Virus record (IMG/VR): IMGVR_UViG_3300022916_000006
Coordinates: 32,001-96,000 of that record
Origin: a virus
Length of the DNA: 64,000 nucleotides
Strand: one strand, 5' to 3'
The position numbers were made by a program, and so were the translations under genes. The notes under the pieces are model-generated. The model saw nothing but the letters and a program-made list of their open reading frames with translations, was not told the origin of the DNA and did not search any database. Below, piece by piece: positions 10,647 through 20,469 of this stretch (position 1 is the first letter of the stretch; each line of letters starts with the position of its first letter).

Positions 10647-11804
10647 ATGAAAATTAGAAAAACACCATTGAAAGTATTAGGACCATGTGGTGATGAGGAT
10701 GACGTTCAAGCAATACGAGAAGTTATTGAAAGTGGATGGTGGGGTAAAGGTTCAAAAGTTGATGAGTTCGAAGATAAGTTTGCTAAAATGGTTGGTGCTA
10801 AACATGCGATTGCTGTTACAAGCAATTCACATGGTCAAGATTTGGTAATGAAAGCTATGGGATTTAATGGTATTGATGTTATAAATCCAACAATGTCATT
10901 TGTTGCAACAGCAGTGATACCACATTGGAATAATTGTACATCCAACATAGTAGATGTCGATAGTAGAACATTAAACATAACAGCAGATGAAGTGATGAAA
11001 TATAAAAAACCATCGAGTGAAGTTTGTGTAGCAGTTAATATGGCTGGAATACCTGCACCAATCGATGAGATACGAAAGATATTTGGTGGATTCATAATTG
11101 AAGATTGTGCTCATAGTTGTTATGCAAAGGGTGCTGGAACTAAAGGTGACGTTGCTGTTTGGTCATTTCAAGCAGTCAAAACATTACCAACTGGTGATGG
11201 TGGTATGATAACACTTAATGATGATGCATTAGCAGATAAAATAAGAAATTTACTTTGGTTTGGTGTATCATCTACTTGGAGTAGAGCATCAAATCGATCT
11301 GATATTAATCGTAAATATGTATGGGATTATCAAGTTGAAGAGTTGGGTTATAAATATTACATGACAGATATTGTAGCGGCATTAGGATTATCACAATTAA
11401 AGAAATTACCTAAATTCTTGGACAATAGAAGACACATTCAAAAACGATATAATGAAGAATTACATAGTGTAATAATAAGACCAGAACATTCAGAGACTGT
11501 ACAATATTATTGTGCTAGATTATCAGATAGAATACATGATATTGCACCAGATAATAGTGGATATTCAACTGTTGGTAGAAATAGTTTAATGGCATATTTG
11601 GTAGATAAAAATATTCATACATCAGTACATTTTAAACCATTACATCAATATGATTATTTAAAAACTGATAGATCATATCCAGTTGCAGATGTAGAGTGGT
11701 TAAAACTAGTATCACTACCATGTCACAATGGCATGACAGACGATGATATAAGTTATGTTGTATACTGGGTGAATAAATACATAACTGAGGTGTATAATTC
11801 GTGA
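10647..11804 (+). CDS. DegT/DnrJ/EryC1/StrS PLP-dependent sugar aminotransferase
   Basis: EFEDKFA, IIEDCAH, WSFQAVKTLPTGDGGMI (PLP lysine), GYKYYMTDIVAALG. Confidence 0.92.
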   Translation: MKIRKTPLKVLGPCGDEDDVQAIREVIESGWWGKGSKVDEFEDKFAKMVGAKHAIAVTSNSHGQDLVMKAMGFNGIDVINPTMSFVATAVIPHWNNCTSNIVDVDSRTLNITADEVMKYKKPSSEVCVAVNMAGIPAPIDEIRKIFGGFIIEDCAHSCYAKGAGTKGDVAVWSFQAVKTLPTGDGGMITLNDDALADKIRNLLWFGVSSTWSRASNRSDINRKYVWDYQVEELGYKYYMTDIVAALGLSQLKKLPKFLDNRRHIQKRYNEELHSVIIRPEHSETVQYYCARLSDRIHDIAPDNSGYSTVGRNSLMAYLVDKNIHTSVHFKPLHQYDYLKTDRSYPVADVEWLKLVSLPCHNGMTDDDISYVVYWVNKYITEVYNS

Positions 11805-12493
11805 GATATTTAATATTAGGTGATGGATTGCTTGGTAATGAATTGATAAGCCAAAGTGGTTGGGACTACATAAGTAGAACAACTGTTGGTGTAGATTTCA
11901 CTGATATAGATTCGTATTCTGAATATCTACATAAATATGATGTTATCATTAATTGTATTGGTTATTGTAATACATATGATACTGACAGAGATGTACATTG
12001 GGATGTAAATTATGCTGGAGTAGTATCATTAGTTGACTTCGTTAATAAATATGATAAGAAGTTAGTTCATATATCAACTGATTATATATATTCAAATTCA
12101 GATTCAAATGCATCTGAAGAGGATGTACCAGTTCATTGTAATACGTGGTATGGTTATACTAAATTATTATCTGATGCGTATGTACAGTTAAGATTAAATG
12201 ATTATTTATTAATTAGAGGAACGCATAAAGAAACACCATTTATATATGAAAAAGCATATATAAATCAAGTTGGTAATTTTGATTATGTTAATGTGATTGC
12301 TAAAATAATACATGATTTAATAAAAGATAATATCATTGGAATATACAACGTTGGTACTGAATTGAAAACGATGGTCGAATTGGCACGTAAAACTAAAAGT
12401 GTAGTTGAACCAACAACCAAGAAATTCAATGACGCAATGCCATCTGATATTAGTATGGATTTAACTAAATTGGATAAATACTATGATAAATAA
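11801..12493 (+). CDS. rfbD: dTDP-4-dehydrorhamnose reductase-like (RmlD family)
   Basis: LILGDGLLG, INCIGY, LVHISTDYIY, WYGYTKL; GTG start. Confidence 0.7.
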   Translation: MRYLILGDGLLGNELISQSGWDYISRTTVGVDFTDIDSYSEYLHKYDVIINCIGYCNTYDTDRDVHWDVNYAGVVSLVDFVNKYDKKLVHISTDYIYSNSDSNASEEDVPVHCNTWYGYTKLLSDAYVQLRLNDYLLIRGTHKETPFIYEKAYINQVGNFDYVNVIAKIIHDLIKDNIIGIYNVGTELKTMVELARKTKSVVEPTTKKFNDAMPSDISMDLTKLDKYYDK

Positions 12494-13178
12494 TAAAAAG
12501 ATAGCATTCGTATGTGCAGTGCATGAAAGTGTTGAGCATAGACCTACAGGATTTACTATGTTTAATAATTATTTTAAATCATTGAGAGAATCATGTAAAT
12601 ATCCATTCAAATTGTTTGCATATGATAATGCATCAAAACCAGTACCATATACAATAGATGGTGAATCTGATAAGATTAGAGTTATTAGGGTTGAAGATCA
12701 ATATGCTGGTGGTTGTACATATACTTGGAATGAGGGTATAAAATTAGCAATGAATGAGTCGTATGATGCAGTGATAATAATGTCTGATGATCAATTGGTT
12801 GATCATACTATAAATAATTTCATCGATACGATATTAACACATGAACTTAATGATGATGCAATATTTGGACCACTTAGTAATAATCCAAATAATAAACATC
12901 AATTGGGTGATAAACCAACTGGTGATATATTTGAAATATCAGGAGCTCCAGGACATGAGTTAAATGGATTCTGTATGGGTATGTCAGCGATCACTATTGC
13001 AAATAATTATTTTGATAAAGATGGTAATTTTTTCAATACTGGACCTAGTTACAGCTGGGGTGCTCAAGATGTAGAAGTACAAAAGAGAGTGAAGCATTCA
13101 ATTGTAGTTGGAACATGTTATGTTTATCATATGAAACACGGTGGGTGGCGTGAAATTAGGAGAGGTTATCGTGGATAA
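12483..13178 (+). CDS. GT2-like glycosyltransferase
   Basis: AYDNAS, YTWNEGI, IIMSDD, GPLSN. Confidence 0.6.
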   Translation: MINNKKIAFVCAVHESVEHRPTGFTMFNNYFKSLRESCKYPFKLFAYDNASKPVPYTIDGESDKIRVIRVEDQYAGGCTYTWNEGIKLAMNESYDAVIIMSDDQLVDHTINNFIDTILTHELNDDAIFGPLSNNPNNKHQLGDKPTGDIFEISGAPGHELNGFCMGMSAITIANNYFDKDGNFFNTGPSYSWGAQDVEVQKRVKHSIVVGTCYVYHMKHGGWREIRRGYRG

Positions 13179-14853
13179 AAAAGTAGTATATACTGCAATC
13201 ATAGGTGGATATGATGAATTGGTAGAAATTGACAATAAACCAAGTGATTGGGATTTTGTATGTTTCAGTGATAGAGATTTAAAATCTGACACTTGGGAAA
13301 TTCGTAATGTAATACCATTATATTCTGATAACACTAGAACAGCACGTAAATATAAATTATTACCACATAGATGGTTTCCAAAATATACATATAGTTTATG
13401 GTTGGATGGTAATATTAAACCACGAGGTGATATTAACGAATTGTTGACTTATTTGGATGATTGTAATTATGCAACATATAGTCACAATCAAAATAAACTT
13501 GATCCACGAGATTGTATATATGAGGAAGCATCTACAATATTACAATTGGGTGATAAGAATATTAAACGAAATCCAAAACGTGGCATGTTGTGTTATAAAG
13601 ATAATCCAAATCTAATACGACAGCAGATGATTAATTATCAAAATGTTGGATATCCAACACATCATGGTTTGGTAGTTCAGATGGAAGTATTACGTAGACA
13701 TAATGAATCTGATGTGAAGAATGCAATGGAAGATCATTGGGTTGAATTGAAACATAATAGTAAACGTGAACAGTTGAGCTTTAATTATATAGCGTGGAAG
13801 AATGGATTGAAATTTAATTATATAGATGGTGATTCTAGGGACAATGAATATTTCTTAAATATGGGTAAGCATATACGTGGTGAATCAATACCAGATGTGA
13901 TCAAGACTCATCAACCGATATCTATGCAATATTTTTTAAACATGGAACTACAACCAGGTGGTGGTGGTAAGAGAGAAATATTGGATAATTATACCCTAAG
14001 AACAGTCGAGGATGTAGTAAAACAGTGGGAAAATATGAACGTGACACTCAAGTATCAAAAAACATTAATACCCTCTAATTATCAATATTTTAATGCAATG
14101 GTAGGTGAGTTCAGGCATGGAGTTGAAGACCATCATAAAATTGGATGGGATAAATTAACTAGTGATTATTTTGAATCTAAAGAATTAATGACAGATGATG
14201 AAATAGCTGAGATGCTTAAATCGAATCCTGCTGAATTTGATAATGGATATATTAAACATAGTTATCATAGAGCATGTGCGATGATTGGTAGACTGATACG
14301 TGGAAAATCATATATTCCATTTTACATGAAAACTGAAGACATATTTGATAATCCTAGAGAGAAAGATAATATGCATAGAATAAAATCACCAATATATGAT
14401 GTAAAATATTTATTAGAAATAGAACATAAATTGGGAATACCACGTAGTGAGTTTACGGTTTGTCAAAGTGGCATATTGGCATTGATGGGAATTCGAGAGA
14501 ATGATGATATAGATATTATAATATCACAACATGCACGAGATAGCATATTTAATGGTAATAAGAAGTTTATGAGATTTGGTAAGTTTGAAATATTTGAATT
14601 AGGTAAAAGTAAATTTATGAAATATGGTGCTACAGATGAAGATGATTTAATAAATAATTACAGTATACAAGTGGATGGGTTTAATTTCTTAGAACCAAGA
14701 TTCTATTTTAGTAGAAAGAATAATAAGACTGCAAAGGATATGTCTGATTGGTCAGGAATACGTAAATTCTTTGATGATGAATCACATATTGGATATCCAT
14801 TTAATGAGATAACATTGAAACAGTGGGGACATGAGTTCATATGCCAAATGTAG
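13171..14853 (+). CDS. DUF616/TOD1-type glycosyltransferase-like domain fused to a C-terminal nucleotidyltransferase-like region
   Basis: VVYTAIIGGYD, ARKYKLLPH, SLWLDGN, REQLSFNY; later GILALMGIRENDDIDIII; GTG 13171 follows AGGAGAGG and overlaps upstream stop. Confidence 0.7.
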   Translation: MDKKVVYTAIIGGYDELVEIDNKPSDWDFVCFSDRDLKSDTWEIRNVIPLYSDNTRTARKYKLLPHRWFPKYTYSLWLDGNIKPRGDINELLTYLDDCNYATYSHNQNKLDPRDCIYEEASTILQLGDKNIKRNPKRGMLCYKDNPNLIRQQMINYQNVGYPTHHGLVVQMEVLRRHNESDVKNAMEDHWVELKHNSKREQLSFNYIAWKNGLKFNYIDGDSRDNEYFLNMGKHIRGESIPDVIKTHQPISMQYFLNMELQPGGGGKREILDNYTLRTVEDVVKQWENMNVTLKYQKTLIPSNYQYFNAMVGEFRHGVEDHHKIGWDKLTSDYFESKELMTDDEIAEMLKSNPAEFDNGYIKHSYHRACAMIGRLIRGKSYIPFYMKTEDIFDNPREKDNMHRIKSPIYDVKYLLEIEHKLGIPRSEFTVCQSGILALMGIRENDDIDIIISQHARDSIFNGNKKFMRFGKFEIFELGKSKFMKYGATDEDDLINNYSIQVDGFNFLEPRFYFSRKNNKTAKDMSDWSGIRKFFDDESHIGYPFNEITLKQWGHEFICQM

Positions 14854-15626
14854 TATTTATACCAAATATAGATTTAGGTAATAACAGAAATGATTCATAT
14901 AAATATTCAATCAAAAGTTGGAAATATTGGTGCAATATACATAATTGTGAATTAGTATTATTTGAAGATTTATTAGTGCCAGTTGAACAGATGAAAATTA
15001 CTTGGCAACGATATTATTTGTTTGATTTATTAGAAGAATCAAATATTGATTATAATCGAATATTAATGGTCGATGCTGATACAATAGTACATCCAGATAC
15101 ACCAAACTTTTTTGATATGTTGGGTATGGATACACGATATTGCGGAGTATTTAATAATGGTGATTATGAGTGGTTATCACGATCAATTAGGGATTTTGGT
15201 AAGTTATTATTTAAAGGTAAAAAGATTGATACATGGAAATATATCAACGGTGGATTTCAAATAGTAAATCCTACACATCGACGATTTTTTGATATAATGA
15301 AACAATATTATATTGATAATACATCTGAAATAATATCAGCAATTGATCAAGTTAAAGCTGGTACAGATCAAACAATATTAAACTATCAATTACAATTAAA
15401 TAACATTGATGTTAAAATATTACCAGAGTGCTTTAATCTACAAGATTTGAGTAGAAAGAACTTATTATATTATCACCCAAATCAGTGGTGGGGTGATACA
15501 TTAGAAAATCTTTATGCATCAGGATGGGTATATCATTTCAATGCTATACCAAAGAATCCTATGAATAGAGATGCTAACTACTGGATAAAACGAGTATACG
15601 GAGAATTATATGCTAATAAGCAATAA
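14841..15626 (+). CDS. GT-A glycosyltransferase (GT8/GT34-like)
   Basis: SWKYWC, ILMVDADTIVHPD, YINGGF, TDQTILN, YHFNAIP. Confidence 0.75.
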   Translation: MPNVVFIPNIDLGNNRNDSYKYSIKSWKYWCNIHNCELVLFEDLLVPVEQMKITWQRYYLFDLLEESNIDYNRILMVDADTIVHPDTPNFFDMLGMDTRYCGVFNNGDYEWLSRSIRDFGKLLFKGKKIDTWKYINGGFQIVNPTHRRFFDIMKQYYIDNTSEIISAIDQVKAGTDQTILNYQLQLNNIDVKILPECFNLQDLSRKNLLYYHPNQWWGDTLENLYASGWVYHFNAIPKNPMNRDANYWIKRVYGELYANKQ

Positions 15627-16044
15627 CAGCGCAACTGTGCCACAATTTACAATAACTTCAGGGTCATATGGAACTAATTCCAATTCACCAGTTTATTTTA
15701 CAACAAGTGGTGGGAGTAACGCATATACAATACCATCAAATACTGGTTGCACAGGAGTTGGAGTACAATCACCAGCAAATGGACTAGCTGTTAGCCCATC
15801 ATATATTATAAAAGTAAATGATAATAATTACGATGAAATAGCTAGAATTGAATCAAATGGAACTGTCATCGTCAGTCAGTATGGTGATTATAAAACATCA
15901 GCAAAAGTATTTTGGAAATCAATACAATTTGAAGGTAAATCATTATATGTTAAAATTGAAGATTTAGAAAATAATAATGAAGCATTGTTGCGAGAAGTTA
16001 AACGTTTGAAAAGACAAATAAAGGATAAGTCGTGCAAAAAATGA
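15610..16044 (+). CDS. hypothetical protein (Ser/Thr/Gly-rich N-terminus, coiled-coil C-terminus)
   Basis: 144-aa ORF overlapping both neighbours. Confidence 0.55.
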   Translation: MLISNNSATVPQFTITSGSYGTNSNSPVYFTTSGGSNAYTIPSNTGCTGVGVQSPANGLAVSPSYIIKVNDNNYDEIARIESNGTVIVSQYGDYKTSAKVFWKSIQFEGKSLYVKIEDLENNNEALLREVKRLKRQIKDKSCKK

Positions 16045-16979
16045 AAATAGGTTTTTTAAGTGAAAATGGATATTCTGGTAAAGTAGATAGAATGATGAAC
16101 AATTGCCGAACAGAATATGCATGGCAGATAGCATTAGATGCTGTACACATGCCGATGTATGGTAAATCACAAATTCCAACTGAAAAATTAGATTTGTTAA
16201 TATGGATAATACCAAAATCAAATATATCAAAAATGCAAAATCTTGATTGGTTAGTTTATATGAGATTACATGCAAATAAAATAGCAATCATGCAAGAAGG
16301 ACCACATTGGTATTTTCAAGATTTACCTATGGGTGAACAGATATGGTTTTATAATCAATTGAATAATGTTGATTATGTATTTTGCCATAATGAATATGAT
16401 AGAAAATATTATTCTGGATTATTAGGTACACATAATGTTCACACGATGCAGTCATTGATGATATTAGATACAGTTAAAGATGGATTGAGTGACACAAAAG
16501 AAGATGTTATTATTGGTGGTAATATGAAATCATGGTATGGTGGATTTGATTCATATATAGTTGCTCGTGAATTTGATACGGAAATATATGCACCATCAAT
16601 GGGAAGACGTGCTGAAAATGAATCAGATATTGCAGGTATATTTTTTTTAAACTATATGTCATGGACAACGTGGATAAAAAAACTATCAGAGTTTAAATAT
16701 GCTGTGCATCTTATGAGAACATTTGCGGCTGGTACATTTGCTATGAATTGTTCATATCTTGGAATACCTTGCATTGGATATAATGGATTAGATACACAAT
16801 CAACACTACATCCTTTAACAACAGTTGAAGTTGGTGATATGGAAAAGGCAATACAATTAGCAAACAATTTAAAAGAAGATAGATTTTATAATCTATGTGT
16901 AGAAACTACAAAGAAAAGATTCAATAAATACTATACAGAACAAGCATTTATTGACAAATGGGATAAATATAACTTATAA
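16041..16979 (+). CDS. GT-B glycosyltransferase-like protein
   Basis: MKIGFLSE, AGTFAMNCSYLGIPCIG; ATG 16041 overlaps upstream stop. Confidence 0.6.
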   Translation: MKIGFLSENGYSGKVDRMMNNCRTEYAWQIALDAVHMPMYGKSQIPTEKLDLLIWIIPKSNISKMQNLDWLVYMRLHANKIAIMQEGPHWYFQDLPMGEQIWFYNQLNNVDYVFCHNEYDRKYYSGLLGTHNVHTMQSLMILDTVKDGLSDTKEDVIIGGNMKSWYGGFDSYIVAREFDTEIYAPSMGRRAENESDIAGIFFLNYMSWTTWIKKLSEFKYAVHLMRTFAAGTFAMNCSYLGIPCIGYNGLDTQSTLHPLTTVEVGDMEKAIQLANNLKEDRFYNLCVETTKKRFNKYYTEQAFIDKWDKYNL

Positions 16980-16989
16980 GGAATAAAGA

Positions 16990-17433
16990 ATGAAAAACAT
17001 ATATTCAAAAAGTGGTGAATTATTACATAAAATAAATAGATTTGTTGATATAACTGGAAGAACAGATATATCAGATGCAAAAGAACATTTACAATTAGCT
17101 ACGTTGCGATTAGAGAAGGGTAAAACATTTAAACCACATAAACATATATATAAACAGGGTGAACCACAAATCATTGCTCAAGAATCTTGGGTTATAATTA
17201 GTGGTAAGGTAAGAGTATATTTTTATGATACTGATAATTCATTTATTGAATCTGATATTTTATATCAGGGAGATTGTTCATTGACATATAGTGGAGGTCA
17301 TACATATGAAATATTAGCAGATGATACAGTAGTATATGAATATAAAACAGGACCTTACACTGGAATAGAGAATGATAAAGTTCAATTCGTAGATGATAAC
17401 AACAAACACTTTGGAGTAAATAAAGATGAATAA
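16990..17433 (+). CDS. WbuC-like cupin-fold metalloprotein
   Basis: PHKH...QESWVIISG...GGHTYEIL...YEYKTGPY. Confidence 0.7.
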   Translation: MKNIYSKSGELLHKINRFVDITGRTDISDAKEHLQLATLRLEKGKTFKPHKHIYKQGEPQIIAQESWVIISGKVRVYFYDTDNSFIESDILYQGDCSLTYSGGHTYEILADDTVVYEYKTGPYTGIENDKVQFVDDNNKHFGVNKDE

Positions 17434-17980
17434 AATTAAATTACATATTGGATGTGGTAAACGAGATTTTGGTGATGATTGGATTCATATTGATGGAGAC
17501 GCTGAGAACTTTGATCATATAGATCATCATGATATTACTAAATTGAAATTTGGTAGTGATACAGTCGATTTGATTTACGCCTCACATGTCATATCTTACT
17601 TTGATGCAACTGAAGTATTGGATGTATTACAAGAATGGAAAAGAGTATTAAAACCAGGTGGAATTTTAAGATTAGCCGTACCAGATTTTAGAGCAATTGC
17701 TAAACTATATTATATACAAGGGCATATGCTTGATAGATTTATTGGACCGTTATATGGGAAGATGCAAATGTATAGTAAAACAATATATCACAAAATGGTA
17801 TATGATGAAGAGTCGTTGAGATATTTATTGTTAACTGATCTACAATTTAAATCATGTGATTTATGGAATTGGCAAGATGTATCTCATGGTCACTTTGATG
17901 ATCATTCTCAAGCCTATTTACCACATATGGATAAAGAACGTGGCACATTGATATCATTAAATATAGAAGCTATAAAATGA
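17426..17980 (+). CDS. class I SAM-dependent methyltransferase
   Basis: KLHIGCG, VDLIYASHV, EWKRVLKPGGILRLAVPDF. Confidence 0.85.
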   Translation: MNKIKLHIGCGKRDFGDDWIHIDGDAENFDHIDHHDITKLKFGSDTVDLIYASHVISYFDATEVLDVLQEWKRVLKPGGILRLAVPDFRAIAKLYYIQGHMLDRFIGPLYGKMQMYSKTIYHKMVYDEESLRYLLLTDLQFKSCDLWNWQDVSHGHFDDHSQAYLPHMDKERGTLISLNIEAIK

Positions 17981-18978
17981 TTTTAACAGTGAATATAGAT
18001 AATATAAAAATTAGATTATTTAATGAAGATCAAATAATTATACCACATAAAATTGAAAATACACCACATTATAAATTGTTATGTGGAGAGCATGAACCAT
18101 ATAATAATTATTATGATAGAATGCATACCTTCAAAAAAGCAAAGCGTAATTATATGAATGATGCTGAGTATTTAGAATTTTGTCAATATTTTAGATATTT
18201 GGATGCACCATATGAATCTGATTATATTCAAGTAAAATTAATTGGTAATCGATTTGAATCGGTGGATGGTGATCATCGATTGTGTATATTAAAAAAACAA
18301 AAATATAAATATGTTCAAGTGAATATCATTGGTGGTGATTGTAAACATACCAGCTATTCGAATTTAATTAATATTGCAAGAGATGTTCATGAGCTTGAAG
18401 ATTATGTTGTTATAAAATCGAATAGTTTTTTTCCAGATTATTATGATTATGATGATTTGGATATTATGTGTAAAGATGTAACTAAATCTGCAATACAGTT
18501 ACAAGATGCATTCAAAATAAACTATCCAGAATTCAAATGTACATATACTAATAAAGGTATACGAGTTCATTTAGATTTGATACCACCTAATTTCACCAAG
18601 TTGAATTTTAGATATGACTTATTAAGTAAATTTCCATATGAATTAGCATTGGATCATGAACATAATATAGTTAAAGTGGAAGAAGAATATTTATCATTAA
18701 TATTTGATCGAAAAGTTAAGCGTGTAGTAAAAACACCAGTTGCATTTGATGAAGAAGAATTTGATATATATTTTCCACATGAAATGGATGATTTAGTTAT
18801 TAGTTTTCTTGAATGGGTATGGCAACCACATAAAACAAGACACATATTAACGGTGAGAGATAATTTTAAAAATGGAGCTGAGTTTATAGATATTGTGAAT
18901 AAATATACAAACGTTGAAATTGATTCAGAATATATCAATACAGTATTTGAGAGTATAAAAGATAGGGTGATTGAATGA
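17977..18978 (+). CDS. ParB/Srx-like domain fused to nucleotidyltransferase-like domain
   Basis: ESVDGDHRL (ParB/Srx-like) then YDDLDIMC (DxD) region. Confidence 0.45.
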   Translation: MILTVNIDNIKIRLFNEDQIIIPHKIENTPHYKLLCGEHEPYNNYYDRMHTFKKAKRNYMNDAEYLEFCQYFRYLDAPYESDYIQVKLIGNRFESVDGDHRLCILKKQKYKYVQVNIIGGDCKHTSYSNLINIARDVHELEDYVVIKSNSFFPDYYDYDDLDIMCKDVTKSAIQLQDAFKINYPEFKCTYTNKGIRVHLDLIPPNFTKLNFRYDLLSKFPYELALDHEHNIVKVEEEYLSLIFDRKVKRVVKTPVAFDEEEFDIYFPHEMDDLVISFLEWVWQPHKTRHILTVRDNFKNGAEFIDIVNKYTNVEIDSEYINTVFESIKDRVIE

Positions 18979-19568
18979 GCTTTGAAATAGTAACTAAATT
19001 TGAAAATGAAATAGCAAAATATTTCAATGCACCATATGCTGTTGCAGTAGATTGTTGTACACATGGAATTGAATTGTGTTTAAGATATTATGATCTAAGG
19101 ATTATTCATGTACCAAAAAGAACATATGCATCAATTCCAATGTTAGCAAATAAATTAGGAATTGAATTAATGTGGAAAGATGAAAATTGGACTGATTATT
19201 ATCATCTTGCATTTGGTGCTAATATAATTGATGCGGCTGTATATTGGAAGCGAGGTGGATATATACCAAATACTCATATGTGTTTGAGTTTTCAATTTCA
19301 AAAGCATTTGAGTTTAGGTAGAGGTGGTATGATTCTAACTGATAATAAATTTGTAAGTGATAATCTTAGAAAAATGTCATATGATGGTAGATTACCAAAT
19401 GTACCGTGGAGAGATCAAAACATTAGTACAATGGGATATCATTATTATCTTACACCTGAGACAGCACAAATGGGATTGAAAAAGTTACCATTAGCTATTA
19501 TGGAGAAACCAAGACAATGGACAATAAACGATTGGCCTGATTTAACAAAAATGGATGTATTTAAATGA
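18975..19568 (+). CDS. short DegT-family aminotransferase
   Basis: KFENEIAKY, AVAVDCCTHGIELCL, IIDAA, LSFQFQKHLSLGRGGMILTD, MGYHYYL. Confidence 0.85.
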   Translation: MSFEIVTKFENEIAKYFNAPYAVAVDCCTHGIELCLRYYDLRIIHVPKRTYASIPMLANKLGIELMWKDENWTDYYHLAFGANIIDAAVYWKRGGYIPNTHMCLSFQFQKHLSLGRGGMILTDNKFVSDNLRKMSYDGRLPNVPWRDQNISTMGYHYYLTPETAQMGLKKLPLAIMEKPRQWTINDWPDLTKMDVFK

Positions 19569-19624
19569 ATAAAAAACGAAAAGCGGTAATATCAGGGATA
19601 GCAGGTCAGTTAGTAGTGGACTAA
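19565..19624 (+). pseudogene. gmd: orphan 5' stub of GDP-mannose 4,6-dehydratase (MNKKRKAVISGIAGQ-LVVD*)
   Basis: Translates to a near copy of the N-terminus of the downstream gmd (MKKRKAMITGINGQ); ATGA overlap with the upstream gene. Confidence 0.8.
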
Positions 19625-20469
19625 TATAATGTGAGTTATTTCACTAATAAATGTTCTTTCATATATATTTATATATATATGCAAATATAATGGGAGAATA
19701 TAATGAAAGTGAAACGTACAATTAAATTAACATGCAAGGGTATAAAATGTGATAAAGAATTTGAAGTACCAGATACAAAACGAGGTAGAAGTAAAATGTG
19801 TTGTTCACAATCATGTGCTAGCAGATTAAATAATACTGGTAAAAGGCACACTGAAGAATGGAAAAAAATGATTAGTGAAGGGCAATTAGGGGAAAAGAAT
19901 CATTTCTATGGTAGAACACATTCAGATAAAACAAAAGCTCAGATTGGAAAAAAGAATAGTGGTACATATGAGGAAAAATATGGAGAAGAGAAAGCGAATT
20001 TAATACGAGCAAAAATAAGTGAATCACAGATTGGTGAAAAGAATCATTTTTATGGTAAAACACATACGAGTGAAAGTAGAGCAAAATTAGGTAGAGATAT
20101 GAATGGTGAAAATAATCCAATGTATGGTAAAGGTTATTTATTAAAGGGTGATAAAAATGGAGCTTGGAAAGGTGGAATATCATTATTATATGGTGAAGAG
20201 TTTAATAATGAATTGAAGACTGAAATTAGAAAACGTGATAAGTTTACATGTGGAGTTTGTGAAAAAAATGGATATATAGTACACCATATAGATTATAATA
20301 AACATAATAACAATAAAAATAATTTAATAACACTATGCAGTTCAGATCATGGAAAAACGGGATTCAATAGAGAATCTTGGCAAGTGTTTTTTAAATTAAT
20401 AATGGAAAAAAAGGAAATATAAATATAATGAAAAAACGAAAAGCTATGATTACAGGAATTAATGGGCAG
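19610..20469 (+). mobile_element. homing-endonuclease insertion carrying a replacement gmd 5' end
   Basis: Bounded by two versions of the gmd N-terminal codons, both ending at GQ of GxxGQDG; contains an HNH/NUMOD3 gene. Confidence 0.7.
19703..20422 (+). CDS. HNH homing endonuclease with Zn finger and NUMOD3 repeats
   Basis: CKGIKC...CCSQSC; repeated GEKNHFYG(R/K)TH(S/T) motifs; CGVC...VHHIDYNKHNN...NLITLCSSDH. Confidence 0.9.
   Translation: MKVKRTIKLTCKGIKCDKEFEVPDTKRGRSKMCCSQSCASRLNNTGKRHTEEWKKMISEGQLGEKNHFYGRTHSDKTKAQIGKKNSGTYEEKYGEEKANLIRAKISESQIGEKNHFYGKTHTSESRAKLGRDMNGENNPMYGKGYLLKGDKNGAWKGGISLLYGEEFNNELKTEIRKRDKFTCGVCEKNGYIVHHIDYNKHNNNKNNLITLCSSDHGKTGFNRESWQVFFKLIMEKKEI

Noticed and set aside
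19607-20466. Group I intron in gmd (GGT|...GGG|CAG would fit the U/G splice rule)
   Set aside because: Only ~95 nt of non-coding sequence flanks the endonuclease, too little for a catalytic core, and the downstream gmd already has a complete N-terminus.
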